The notes beneath the pieces were generated by a model. The model was not told where the DNA came from and did not search any database. It saw only the letters and a list, made by a program, of their open reading frames with translations. 64,000 nt of DNA, from contig JAUSKB010000026.1 in the NCBI GenBank assembly GCA_030647415.1, positions 74,894 to 138,893 of the forward strand, read 5' to 3'. Shown here piece after piece: positions 39,207-48,579 of this stretch (the first letter of the stretch is position 1; each line of letters opens with the position of its first letter). Origin of the DNA: a bacterium (GTDB lineage: Bacteria > Patescibacteriota > Minisyncoccia > UBA6257 > GWB1-50-10). The position numbers and the translations under genes were made by a program.

Positions 39207-41282
39207 ATGGAACAACATATTCAGACACTGCATCGAAAAAAGTTTGCGACCACTCTCTCGGGCGACGAGCTCACACTCGAGGTGTCCGAGCTCGCGAAAC
39301 AGGCGAACGGGGCGGTCATCGCGACGCACGGCGAAACCGTCGTACTCGCGACGGCGACACTGGGCCCCTCGAACCGCGTGACGGACTACTTCCCGCTCAC
39401 CGTGGACTACGAGGAGCGCTTCTACGCGACCGGGAAGATACTCGGTAGCCGGTTCGTCCGGCGCGAGGGGCGCCCCTCGGAGGAGGGAACGCTCTCGGCA
39501 CGCCTCATCGACCGGACCATCCGCCCGCTCTTCGACCAACGGCTGCGGTCCGAGGTGCATGTAGTTGCAACCATCCTCGCGTACGACGGGACGCACGATC
39601 CAGACCCGGTCGCGCTTATCGCCGCCTCAGCGGCGCTCGCCATCTCGGATATCCCGTGGGGCGGTCCGGTCGCAGGCATCAGGACCGAGCGTCGCGGCGC
39701 AAACGGGGAGGTTGAATTCATCTCGTTCTTCGCCGGCACCTCGGACCGCGTCAATATGATTGAGTTCGAAGGAAACGAACGACTCGAGGCCGAGGCGCTC
39801 GAGCTATTTCAAGCCGCGCAGACGGAAATTAGGCGGCTCACCTCGTTCCAGCGCGAGATGGTGGCGGCGGTCGGGAAGCCGAAAACAAGCCCCACGCGTG
39901 CCGAGCCAAACCCCGAATTCGCGGCGAAGGTCCGCACGCTCATCACCACGCGATTGAATGAGGCTTATACAAAGCAGTCGAATGAGGCGTTGCATGATGC
40001 TTCCGGGCAAATCCGGATGAAACTCGTCGAGGAGGGCGAGTCTGCGGAAAACCTTGCCGAGCTTCCCGAGATCATCGAAGCGGAGACCGATGCCTACGTG
40101 CATCGCCGCGCAGTCACCGATGGCGTTCGGATGGACGGCCGCGCATTCGACGAAATCCGACCGCTCGGGGCGGAAGTGGGGCTCCTCGCCCGCACGCACG
40201 GCAGCGGCCTCTTCATGCGGGGCGATACACAGGTCCTCGCAGTCGTGACGCTCGCCTCACCGGAAGGCGAGCAGCTCGTGGAGTCTATGGAGGGGAAGAC
40301 GAAACGGCGCTTTATGCTCCACTACAACTTCCCGAGCTTTGCGACCGGCGAACCCGGCCGTTCCCGGAGCCCGGGCAGGCGGGAAATCGGACATGGCGCC
40401 TTGGCGCATAAGGCCCTGAAGTGGGTACTGCCTCCGAAGGAGACGTTCCCCTACACCATCCGCATCGTCTGCGAGACGCTCTCATCGAACGGCTCCTCAT
40501 CGATGGCATCAACCTGCGCGGGCTGCCTCGCGCTCATGGATGCCGGGGTTCCCATTCGGAAACCGGTCGCCGGCATCGCGATGGGTCTCATGACCCACGG
40601 CGACGACTACCGCGTCTTGACCGACATCCAGGGCCTCGAAGACCATTTCGGCGGTATGGACTTTAAGGTCGCCGGCACCATGGACGGTGTAACCGCCATC
40701 CAACTCGACATGAAAGTGGACGGACTCACGGAGCCGATGTTTGAGGAGGCGCTCGCAAAGGCTCATGACGCGCGACTCAAGATTCTCGAGGTCATGCGCG
40801 CCACGCTTCCCGCGCCGCGAGCGGCACTCTCGCCCTACGCGCCCACCATCCTCACGATGCCCATCGACCCCAGCCGCATCGGCGAGGTCATCGGTCCCGG
40901 CGGTAAGGTCATCAACGGCATCATCGCGGCCGCGGGTGGAAACATCACCATCGACATCGAGGATGAGGGGAAGGTGTACGTGGGCGGCACCGACCGCGCG
41001 ATGGTCGAGTGGGCATTTCAGGAAATCAAAAATATCCTTCGCGAATTCACGATCGGGGAGGTGGTGGAGGGCGACGTGGTGAAGATGCTCGACTTCGGCG
41101 CGATTATCGACCTCGGAGCCGGTCGAGACGGGATGCTCCATGTATCCGAGCTGCGCGAGGGATTCGTGAAACAGGTAACCGATGTCGTGAATATGGGCGA
41201 CCACGTGCGTGTGAAAATCATCCGCGCGGACCCGGACGGCCGCATCGGGCTCTCGTTGAAGCAGATGGGGAAGGGGGAGTAG
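39207..41282 (+). CDS. pnp: Polyribonucleotide nucleotidyltransferase
   Basis: Two RNase PH domains (RREIGHG, SNGSSSMAS, DFKVAGT), KH and S1 domains. Confidence 0.97.
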   Translation: MEQHIQTLHRKKFATTLSGDELTLEVSELAKQANGAVIATHGETVVLATATLGPSNRVTDYFPLTVDYEERFYATGKILGSRFVRREGRPSEEGTLSARLIDRTIRPLFDQRLRSEVHVVATILAYDGTHDPDPVALIAASAALAISDIPWGGPVAGIRTERRGANGEVEFISFFAGTSDRVNMIEFEGNERLEAEALELFQAAQTEIRRLTSFQREMVAAVGKPKTSPTRAEPNPEFAAKVRTLITTRLNEAYTKQSNEALHDASGQIRMKLVEEGESAENLAELPEIIEAETDAYVHRRAVTDGVRMDGRAFDEIRPLGAEVGLLARTHGSGLFMRGDTQVLAVVTLASPEGEQLVESMEGKTKRRFMLHYNFPSFATGEPGRSRSPGRREIGHGALAHKALKWVLPPKETFPYTIRIVCETLSSNGSSSMASTCAGCLALMDAGVPIRKPVAGIAMGLMTHGDDYRVLTDIQGLEDHFGGMDFKVAGTMDGVTAIQLDMKVDGLTEPMFEEALAKAHDARLKILEVMRATLPAPRAALSPYAPTILTMPIDPSRIGEVIGPGGKVINGIIAAAGGNITIDIEDEGKVYVGGTDRAMVEWAFQEIKNILREFTIGEVVEGDVVKMLDFGAIIDLGAGRDGMLHVSELREGFVKQVTDVVNMGDHVRVKIIRADPDGRIGLSLKQMGKGE

Positions 41283-41296
41283 GCAATGGTGTATAC

Positions 41297-41505
41297 CCTG
41301 TTAGAGTTTTACAAATACACCTGTACAAGCTGAATTATTTGTCACCTCATACCAAGCTGTGCACAACCCAACGGCGTGCCCCGTGAGAGATTTACGCGCA
41401 AACTACTTGCTGGGAAATGGTTTTGTTATAATCAGTAAGTGAAATTCGATACTAGGAAATGGTCTGTAAATCTCTAACGGGGCGTGCAAGTAAAACTCTA
41501 ACAGG
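41297..41505. repeat. 100-bp element copy 9 interrupted by nested copy 10
   Basis: cctgttagagttttac ... gtaaaactctaacagg; 101 bp after removing insert and one duplication. Confidence 0.88.
41380..41481. mobile_element. 100-bp element copy 10, nested, with 6-bp direct repeat gcgtgc
   Basis: gcgtgc-cccgtgagagatttac ... gtaaatctctaacggg-gcgtgc. Confidence 0.85.
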
Positions 41506-41519
41506 GTAAACTTAAGTAT

Positions 41520-42797
41520 ATGAATGAACCGTCGAATCCCCAACCGACATCCTGGTCGCCACAGCCACCGCGTCCGTCCGTAGCCGTAGGCGGGGGGGGG
41601 CCTCGTCCGCCCCAACCGACCTTCGGCGGGACAAACTCCACCCTCGGCACGGGGGAGGGGGAGGTGCCGCTCGCGAAACCGCCCGCCTCGTCGGTGAGTG
41701 TCCGAACTATGGCGTCGGACCTCGCCTCGTTGCAGTCAACCGGCGGGACACAGCCGCGACCCTACGCGCCCTCGCCGGCTGGTGGAGCCGGAGCGACTCC
41801 ACGGCCCATGTCCCCGCCGAACGTGCCGCCCGCGTCGCCCATGCCTCCAAGCGCGCCCCGTCCATTCAATGCGCCTTCCACAGCGCCGCAACCGCCGGTA
41901 CCACCGCCCACTGGACGGCCGGGCGTCCCGAATATGCCCCAGACCCCACAACGCGGACCGGCGCCTGCAAAGAGCTCTAAGGGATTCCTCGTCGGTACCA
42001 TTATTGTTGTCGCCGTCATCGGGCTCGGCGCGCTCGGCTACTTCGTCGTCTACCCCCTCATCGCGGAACCTGCTGTTTCCGAGCCGCCACCACCCGCGCC
42101 CCCGGAACCGGCCCCCGTGCCAGAGCCGCCGGCACTGATTATCACCGAACCAACATCAACGCCGGCCACACCAACATCAACGCCCTCCGATGCACTCCCT
42201 ACCCCGTTGCACACATCACTCTTCAGAGCGCCGGCTGACCTAACCGAGGAGCTCATACTCGTATCTTCGGACCTAACGAGCTTCCGCTCCCAGATTCCGT
42301 TTGATACCGCAGAGGTTTCCATTCTTCGAGAAATCAATGTCGCCCTGCCAAGCGCGCCTTCACAGCCGCTGCTCGGAACCGGTGGGGTGAACACAGATCC
42401 AATCACCCTCGAGCAACTTCTGCCGTTCGTCGCGCCTGGACTCTTCGACCGCGACACAATGCGCGCCTTCGGGAACGACGTAACGGTGTTCACCTATACC
42501 GACTCGAAGGGGACCTGGCCCGGATTCGCCGTCCGCGCAACAAATAATGTCCCGCTTGCCGCGGTGCAGATGAAGGTAAACCAGACCCTTGAACAGGCAG
42601 TTGCCTTGAAACAGTTCTTCCTTACCAACCCAGGAACGGCGGGGGCATGGAAGTCGGGTTCCACCGGGAACGTCCAGAACCGGTACCAGACCTTTTCACT
42701 TCCTGGTGCGGCGTTGAACTACGCCTGGACCGACCGGACGCTCGTCGTCGCCACCTCGTACGACACTTTCCAGACTGCGCTCGGACGGATAAAATAG
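41520..42797 (+). CDS. Proline-rich single-TM membrane protein
   Basis: Pro-rich N-terminus containing VRTMASD, TM helix, extracellular domain. Confidence 0.8.
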   Translation: MNEPSNPQPTSWSPQPPRPSVAVGGGGPRPPQPTFGGTNSTLGTGEGEVPLAKPPASSVSVRTMASDLASLQSTGGTQPRPYAPSPAGGAGATPRPMSPPNVPPASPMPPSAPRPFNAPSTAPQPPVPPPTGRPGVPNMPQTPQRGPAPAKSSKGFLVGTIIVVAVIGLGALGYFVVYPLIAEPAVSEPPPPAPPEPAPVPEPPALIITEPTSTPATPTSTPSDALPTPLHTSLFRAPADLTEELILVSSDLTSFRSQIPFDTAEVSILREINVALPSAPSQPLLGTGGVNTDPITLEQLLPFVAPGLFDRDTMRAFGNDVTVFTYTDSKGTWPGFAVRATNNVPLAAVQMKVNQTLEQAVALKQFFLTNPGTAGAWKSGSTGNVQNRYQTFSLPGAALNYAWTDRTLVVATSYDTFQTALGRIK

Positions 42798-42876
42798 TGT
42801 TTGGAGAGGTGAAACCTTACATGAATCTCAAGGTCTCGCCTCGGGCGATTGACACACTCGACGCGAGTGATACAGT

Positions 42877-43251
42877 TTGTGCATGGTAATACCATCATCC
42901 ATGCTCTCTGCCGACCAACTTGAGGGATTCCGCGCGAAGCTCACCGCGGCACGCGCAACCATCGCAGACCAACTTACTCATGTCGTTGACGACGTGAGCT
43001 TCGGGCGAGACACCGAAGACACGGAGGAGGAAACTGATGAGGTGGAGGAAATCTCCAACCGGTTGGGGATGAAAGTAGCGCTCCAGGACCAACTCTCACG
43101 AGTTTCCGCGGCACTCGATAAAATCGGTGCCGGAACCTACGGTGCCTGCGAGCGTTGCGTGAGCCCTATCGATATCGAGGTCCTCGACGTCGACCCTGAA
43201 TCAACGCTCTGCCGGAACTGCAAACGCGGCACCCGAGACGCATCAAAGTAG
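42877..43251 (+). CDS. TraR/DksA C4 zinc-finger protein
   Basis: ALDKIGAGTYGACERC...P...LCRNC. Confidence 0.88.
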   Translation: MCMVIPSSMLSADQLEGFRAKLTAARATIADQLTHVVDDVSFGRDTEDTEEETDEVEEISNRLGMKVALQDQLSRVSAALDKIGAGTYGACERCVSPIDIEVLDVDPESTLCRNCKRGTRDASK

Positions 43252-43318
43252 ACAGTAGCTGAATGCATCCCAGCTCCCGACAGCGTGGGTACGGCACCGG
43301 GGTCGGGCACACTCACAT

Positions 43319-44860
43319 ATGCGACCCGTGGCACAGCTCTTCTCCGCAGACCTGGAGGGCATCACCGCCCACCTCGTCACCGTTGAAGCCGACCTAAACG
43401 TCGGCCTACATTCGTTCACTATCGTCGGACTCGCCGATAAGGCGGTGTCTGAGGCAAAAGAACGCGTGAACTCCGCCTTGAAAAACAGCGGTATCAGGCC
43501 GCCGACCCGCGAGAACCGACGGATTACCGTGAATCTCGCGCCCGCAGATGTCCGAAAGAGCGGCTCGCGGTTCGATCTCGCCATCGCGCTCGCCTACCTC
43601 CTCGCAAGCGAACAGCTTAAACCGTTCGACACCGCGGCGTACCTCTTTGCGGGGGAGCTCGCGCTCGACGGCTCGCTTCGTCCTGTTCCGGGGGTACTTG
43701 CGCTCGCGCTCCTCGCCGAGGCACGCGGCATACCGAATGTCGTGGTCCCCGGCGACAATGCCGCCGAGGCGGCAGTGGTTCGAGCGGTCCGGGTAATACC
43801 AGTGTCCACACTCGAGGCGCTCATACGGCACCTTGAGGGGTCACGACCGATCGAGCCGGCTCCGCCGACCGAGGTCGCCGCATCGTTTCCCCGATCGTGC
43901 GCGACGCTCGACCAGATCCACGGGCTCCATGCCGCGAAACGGGCGCTCATTGTGGCGGCGGCGGGCGCGCATAACGTCCTTCTCTCGGGACCGCCGGGCA
44001 CGGGAAAGACCATGCTCGCGCAGGCATTTGCCTCGCTTTTGCCACCACCAACCCTTCCCGAAACGCTCGAGATCACGCAAATCTGGAGCGCAGCCGGACT
44101 CACCAATCGGGAACCGCTCATTGCCGCGCGGCCATTCCGGTCGCCCCACCACTCGACGTCATCCGTCGCCGTTCTGGGCGGCGGTACCATTCCCCGACCA
44201 GGAGAGATCTCACTCGCGCACCGCGGCGTGCTGTTCCTGGACGAGCTCCCCGAATTCCATCGGGACGTACTGGAGGGCCTGCGACAACCGCTTGAAGACG
44301 GTTTAATAACCGTCGCGCGCGCAAAACAATCACTCGTGTTTCCCGCCCGGTTCACGCTCATCGCCGCGATGAACCCGTGTCCCTGCGGATACTTCGAGGA
44401 CCCCGACCGGGAGTGCCGCTGCACCGCGCATGAGGTGCTCCGGTACCAGCGCAAGATCTCGGGACCCCTCCTGGACCGTATTGATATGCACCTCGACGTT
44501 CCACGGACGCCGATCGAGGAGCTTCGTGCCCATGAGCACACGGGCAGCACGGAGACCGACCGCGCTCGCGCGGTGATCGCGACCGCGCGGAACCGACAGC
44601 TGGAACGGTTCCGTGGGCTTCCCGAACCGGTGTTCGCAAACAGCGAGCTCCGCTCGCACCTCGTCGACACACTCATCGAGCTCACCCCTGCCGCCGAAAC
44701 GCTCGTGAAACAGACCCTCGAGCACGCGTTCCTGTCGCCGCGCGGCTACTACCGGACCCTGAAGGTCGCCCAGACGATTGCGGACCTCGACGGGGCCCCG
44801 AACGTGGACGCGCCCCACCTCGCCGAGGCGTTCCAGTACCGGGTCCGTATCGGGTCATAG
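43319..44860 (+). CDS. comM: YifB/ComM Mg-chelatase-like AAA ATPase
   Basis: NLAPAD.RKSG, GPPGTGKT, PFRSPHH, GEISLAHRGVLFLDELPEF, NPCPCG. Confidence 0.93.
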   Translation: MRPVAQLFSADLEGITAHLVTVEADLNVGLHSFTIVGLADKAVSEAKERVNSALKNSGIRPPTRENRRITVNLAPADVRKSGSRFDLAIALAYLLASEQLKPFDTAAYLFAGELALDGSLRPVPGVLALALLAEARGIPNVVVPGDNAAEAAVVRAVRVIPVSTLEALIRHLEGSRPIEPAPPTEVAASFPRSCATLDQIHGLHAAKRALIVAAAGAHNVLLSGPPGTGKTMLAQAFASLLPPPTLPETLEITQIWSAAGLTNREPLIAARPFRSPHHSTSSVAVLGGGTIPRPGEISLAHRGVLFLDELPEFHRDVLEGLRQPLEDGLITVARAKQSLVFPARFTLIAAMNPCPCGYFEDPDRECRCTAHEVLRYQRKISGPLLDRIDMHLDVPRTPIEELRAHEHTGSTETDRARAVIATARNRQLERFRGLPEPVFANSELRSHLVDTLIELTPAAETLVKQTLEHAFLSPRGYYRTLKVAQTIADLDGAPNVDAPHLAEAFQYRVRIGS

Positions 44861-44906
44861 GCATGCTGATAATTGGTAAAAAGTATTACCTATCTCTTGT
44901 CACCTC

Positions 44907-45623
44907 TTACTTTTTACCTTTTACTACCGCAATCGGCTTCGCGCCGGGGAGCATCAACAACCCGGAACCTTCCATGAGAATCTCCTGGTAGCGCGGATTG
45001 AATTGCCGAATCGTCTCGGGGTCGATGCCGTACCGCGCGGCGATAGTTGTGAGTGAATCGCCAGCTATGACCGCGTAGCGCACGCCGGAAACCGGCAGTA
45101 TGGTAAGTTCAGCGCCGGGACGGATCGTGCGCCCCACGGACAGGTTCGCCCACCGGATCGTCTCCGGCGTTATGCCGAACCGGGCGGCGAGCGCGGCGAG
45201 CGTGTCACCTCGCTGTACACGGTACCGGATGGTCCCGTCCGCTACGGGAATGGTTACGGTAAACGGCATCGCGGCTGCAGTAAGGTCGCTCTCCGTCACC
45301 GTCCCCAGGTCGGGGACAGCGCCTGCCTGTCCGGCCCGCCCAGATGACTCGGTCGGACGGGTAGGCAGCGCTGACAATCCCACCGCACCCGCCCGGATGA
45401 CTCGGTCGGACGGGTCATCGAACGGATTTATCTCGCCTGTCTGCGCAGGCGGGTTTGGAAGTGTTGTTATATCTGAAAATACACCCTCCCCGTCCGACCG
45501 AGTCATCCGGGCGGGCACGCCGTCGTTTTTGGACTCATCCACATAGCTGCTCACAATCTTGTCTGCGGAGACCCCAGAAGCGCCAATAAGGCCTGTAATT
45601 CCCAGGAGAATGAGCGACCACAT
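44907..45623 (-). CDS. LysM peptidoglycan-binding protein (2 LysM) carrying three in-frame palindromic insertions
   Basis: YRVQRGDTL..A.RFGI and YAVIAGDSL..IA.RYGI; N-terminal hydrophobic segment. Confidence 0.85.
   Translation of the reverse strand: MWSLILLGITGLIGASGVSADKIVSSYVDESKNDGVPARMTRSDGEGVFSDITTLPNPPAQTGEINPFDDPSDRVIRAGAVGLSALPTRPTESSGRAGQAGAVPDLGTVTESDLTAAAMPFTVTIPVADGTIRYRVQRGDTLAALAARFGITPETIRWANLSVGRTIRPGAELTILPVSGVRYAVIAGDSLTTIAARYGIDPETIRQFNPRYQEILMEGSGLLMLPGAKPIAVVKGKK
45335..45515. repeat. Three copies of the 27-bp unit cccgcccggatgactcggtcggacggg
   Basis: 45335-45361, 45388-45414, and inverted at 45489-45515. Confidence 0.92.
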
Positions 45624-45795
45624 GACCGCCGATCGGAGAAAACCATTCCCGAATGGCTTAAGGTTACGTAGAATCGTACTGATAAACTAATGGTATCATG
45701 AAAAAGGATAGAAGAGAAGAAAAGAGCAAGGAGAGAAGAAAAATGACAAAGGCGCAATTTGAATAGTGTGTACACAAATGTCTAACAGGGTACAC

Positions 45796-45894
45796 CCTGT
45801 TAGAGTTTTGCACATACTCCGTTATATTCCATATGGATGTTTCAGAAAGACCAATTTCTTCTAGTAAAAAGATGATCTGCAAAACTCTAACAGG
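45796..45894. repeat. 100-bp inverted-repeat element copy 11, preceded by an orphan right arm
   Basis: cctgttagagttttgca ... tgcaaaactctaacagg; extra tctaacagg at 45781-45789. Confidence 0.9.
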
Positions 45895-45898
45895 GTAA

Positions 45899-46708
45899 AT
45901 GCGAGCACGAATCGGACAGCATTTTCTGAAAGACGCGAGTGTTGCTCGGCGTATTGTCTGCGCGCTCCCCATCGCCGAGCACGCGACAGTTATTGAGGTC
46001 GGGCCGGGGAAGGGCGCGCTTACCGCATTCCTCGCGGAGCGCGTGGGGGAGGTTCCCGAGGCGGAGCTCGTCTGTATTGAACGAGACCCTGCCCTTGCGG
46101 CGGCGCTTGCCGCTCAATCCCAATCGTGGCGAGGTGTGCTGCCCACCGTACACACCGGCGACGTGCGCACACTCCTCCGCGAGGTCGTCCGGAGCGTTCC
46201 CCGGACGCGGCGGTACGCCATCATCGGGAATCTGCCGTACTACCTCACGGGGCACCTCTTCCGAATCCTCGGCGAGCTGCCGCGCCTGCCTGAGGCGGCG
46301 GTCTTCATGGTGCAGCGGGAGGTCGCGGAGCGGCTTGCCGCCGTGCCGCCGTGCATGAACATGCTTGCGGCGAGCGTGCAGGCGTGGGCGAAACCCTCCA
46401 TCCTATTCCGTGTGCCACCATCCGCATTCTCGCCGAAACCGAGCGTGGAAAGCGCGGTGGTGTCGCTTGTCGCGGTAAGAACCACCCCGCCACCTGCAGA
46501 ATACTATCGGGCCGCCCGGACACTCTTTCGGCAACCACGGAAAACAATTTTGAATAACCTTGCGGCTGAAATCGGGCGCACGGACGCCGTGCGCATCCTC
46601 ACCGAAGCGGGGCTCAACCCATCGGACCGTCCGCAGACACTTTCACCGGACAAGATTCTTTTGCTATCAAAACACCCGCCGTTCACCGAAGCGGCGGGTG
46701 ATGTTTGA
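45899..46708 (+). CDS. rsmA: 16S rRNA m6,2A dimethyltransferase RsmA/KsgA
   Basis: GQHFL, EVGPGKGALT, GNLPYY, MVQREVAER, FSPKPSVES. Confidence 0.95.
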   Translation: MRARIGQHFLKDASVARRIVCALPIAEHATVIEVGPGKGALTAFLAERVGEVPEAELVCIERDPALAAALAAQSQSWRGVLPTVHTGDVRTLLREVVRSVPRTRRYAIIGNLPYYLTGHLFRILGELPRLPEAAVFMVQREVAERLAAVPPCMNMLAASVQAWAKPSILFRVPPSAFSPKPSVESAVVSLVAVRTTPPPAEYYRAARTLFRQPRKTILNNLAAEIGRTDAVRILTEAGLNPSDRPQTLSPDKILLLSKHPPFTEAAGDV

Positions 46709-46718
46709 GTAGGTTCCG

Positions 46719-47630
46719 TTATCGTCCGATCTCTCGCCCAACCTCAATAGTTCCCATTCCAGCCTCTATGGCCTGTCGAGCACGAAGGTTTTTAATCTGA
46801 ATATCTATACTTTCAATCTGTGTATTGCGCTCATTTTGCAAACGCACGACCTCCGCGGTACTCACTCCCGCTTGGCCACCCTGCCGCACGCCGGTCGCAC
46901 CGTGGCGGCCGGTTATGCGCAACCTATCGGCCTTAATTCGATCGAGCCGCGCTTGGTATCGAAGCGTGTCGGACTTCGTTGGATTGGTTTTTTCTGCAAA
47001 CGCGGCCTCTTCATCTTTTCGTCGTGCTTCGAGATCGAGGAGTGCGGATTCAGTACCCGACTGGTTCTCTATCGTACCGGCGCCGAGTTCGGTTCCGGTC
47101 CAGATGCCCAACCGCACCATAGCTGCCTCATAATCGCCATTTATGCGAACTTTTTGCGCCTCAAGTTGATTGATTTGCGCCTCAAAATTTCTGTTCTGTT
47201 CCGCCCGTTGCCTTACAACTTCGCCAGTTCGGCGCGCTGTCTCCCAAAAACTTCCCTGGGCGTGCGCCTGGCTTACCGCCGCATCAAGCGCAAATGCCGC
47301 AGAAACGGATGCGATGAGTGTTGCCACCCGCCGCAGAGCGGTGTTGCCATGCTTGGTCGGCGCAAGCTCCGTCGCAAGGGAGTAGGCGGCGGCTTCGTTT
47401 CGGGCTTCAGCCGGAGCTGTTTCATCCTTCGCAATGGCATCAACCACGATACCGTCTGTGACGGCTTCGGTGAGTGCCGGCATTTCGAGAGTCGCGGCCT
47501 CCTGCTCTAACGCCGCGGCCTCTTCCTCCACTCGGCGAATCTCAAGTTGTAGAGCCTCCGGGTCAATGTTGGGAACCTCCCGCTCCATCTCCATGGGTAT
47601 GCCTCCCGTGTCCTCGATTATATTTTTCAT
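46719..47630 (-). CDS. Hypothetical coiled-coil protein with internal signal-like segment
   Basis: ATG at 47630; acidic N-terminus, then RRVATLIASVSAAFALDAAVSQAHAQ. Confidence 0.7.
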   Translation of the reverse strand: MKNIIEDTGGIPMEMEREVPNIDPEALQLEIRRVEEEAAALEQEAATLEMPALTEAVTDGIVVDAIAKDETAPAEARNEAAAYSLATELAPTKHGNTALRRVATLIASVSAAFALDAAVSQAHAQGSFWETARRTGEVVRQRAEQNRNFEAQINQLEAQKVRINGDYEAAMVRLGIWTGTELGAGTIENQSGTESALLDLEARRKDEEAAFAEKTNPTKSDTLRYQARLDRIKADRLRITGRHGATGVRQGGQAGVSTAEVVRLQNERNTQIESIDIQIKNLRARQAIEAGMGTIEVGREIGR

Positions 47631-47643
47631 GGTTTGTATTCGT

Positions 47644-47973
47644 TCAATTTCCACAGAGCGACCTGACCCGTTCCCGCTCGCGGGCGAGGACCTTCCGGAG
47701 GCCATCGAGGTCGTTCTGTACCGCACGCTTTGCCTTCAAGCTTTCGACGAGCGTGTTCATACCTGCCCGATCGGCCCGCCCGGATGACTCGGTCGGACGG
47801 GCAGGCGGGCCCGAGGCGTCATGTTGATATACCTTAATGAAGCGGCCGAGCGTCTCTTCACTCGCGTCCGCGAGCCGGTCCTTCAGTACGCCCTGGTCCG
47901 CCGGCGAAAGCCCGGCGCCGCCCACGATGCGGAAGGCGACCGCAAGCGCATTCGCATTCGGTTGTGGATTCAT
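47644..47973 (-). CDS. Small hypothetical protein with in-frame palindromic insertion
   Basis: 109-aa ORF containing PARPTESSGRADRAG. Confidence 0.55.
   Translation of the reverse strand: MNPQPNANALAVAFRIVGGAGLSPADQGVLKDRLADASEETLGRFIKVYQHDASGPPARPTESSGRADRAGMNTLVESLKAKRAVQNDLDGLRKVLARERERVRSLCGN
47775..47801. repeat. 27-bp unit copy 4
   Basis: Exact cccgcccggatgactcggtcggacggg. Confidence 0.92.
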
Positions 47974-48128
47974 GCGACAACGGTACCACGAATACCGGTA
48001 AAAATCAATGGGACATTCTAGGCCATAAATACTGTTACCAAGAGAGGAGTGTATAGCTCATAAATGGGTTACCGTGGTCGTCTATGACTATAGGAATAAA
48101 AAACATCAGATTATGATGGTTCCATGTT

Positions 48129-48170
48129 AAGACTTGTCATTCTGGACGGCCGTCCAGAATGACAAGTCTT
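48129..48170. repeat. 42-bp perfect palindrome
   Basis: aagacttgtcattctggacgg|ccgtccagaatgacaagtctt. Confidence 0.88.
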
Positions 48171-48344
48171 TTCGCCGTGAACTTACAAAGAGTCTGGAAA
48201 CAAAAGGCGCCGTGCCCGAAGGCCGTGCGCTCGTGATTCTGTTCACGCAAGACGTTCTATGTCCTGCATAATCTCCGACCTCTCCCGCTTAAGAAGTTGT
48301 TTTGCCTCGCCGCGGAGGGGTTCGATTCACGCCGGGTTTCCTGA

Positions 48345-48470
48345 TTAAAAACGGATTTGTCCGGCCGCCCCCCCGAGCGCCGTGGCAGCAATGGTCACCA
48401 CAAGCGCAACCACAAAATGGATGATGACCGCGGGAACGAATGACCTCGTCCGGTAGGCGATGAAAAGTAT
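48345..48470 (-). pseudogene. C-terminal fragment resembling a CPBP (Abi/CAAX) intramembrane protease
   Basis: ILFIAYRTRSFVPAVIIHFVV resembles CPBP motif 4; 5' end lost at palindrome 48471-48489. Confidence 0.45.
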
Positions 48471-48579
48471 ATCGAAGTCGAACTTCGATGATGGAGGAAA
48501 AAACTGCTGAACATAGTTCTTTCCTTTATCTCTTTTCTCTTGTCTTTTTTCTTCTATCCTTGTGGTACACTGAAGGCAT

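Noticed and set aside
41520-42250. Pro-rich stretches as a DNA tandem repeat
   Set aside because: Low complexity is at the protein level with no regular nucleotide period.
48171-48345. Possible tRNA or ncRNA (contains ggttcgattc)
   Set aside because: No cloverleaf or acceptor stem could be built, and no convincing ORF was found either.
45705-48560. Purine and pyrimidine tracts as terminal inverted repeats of a 2.9-kb transposon
   Set aside because: Only about 12 bp match exactly, the enclosed region includes housekeeping rsmA, and there is no transposase.
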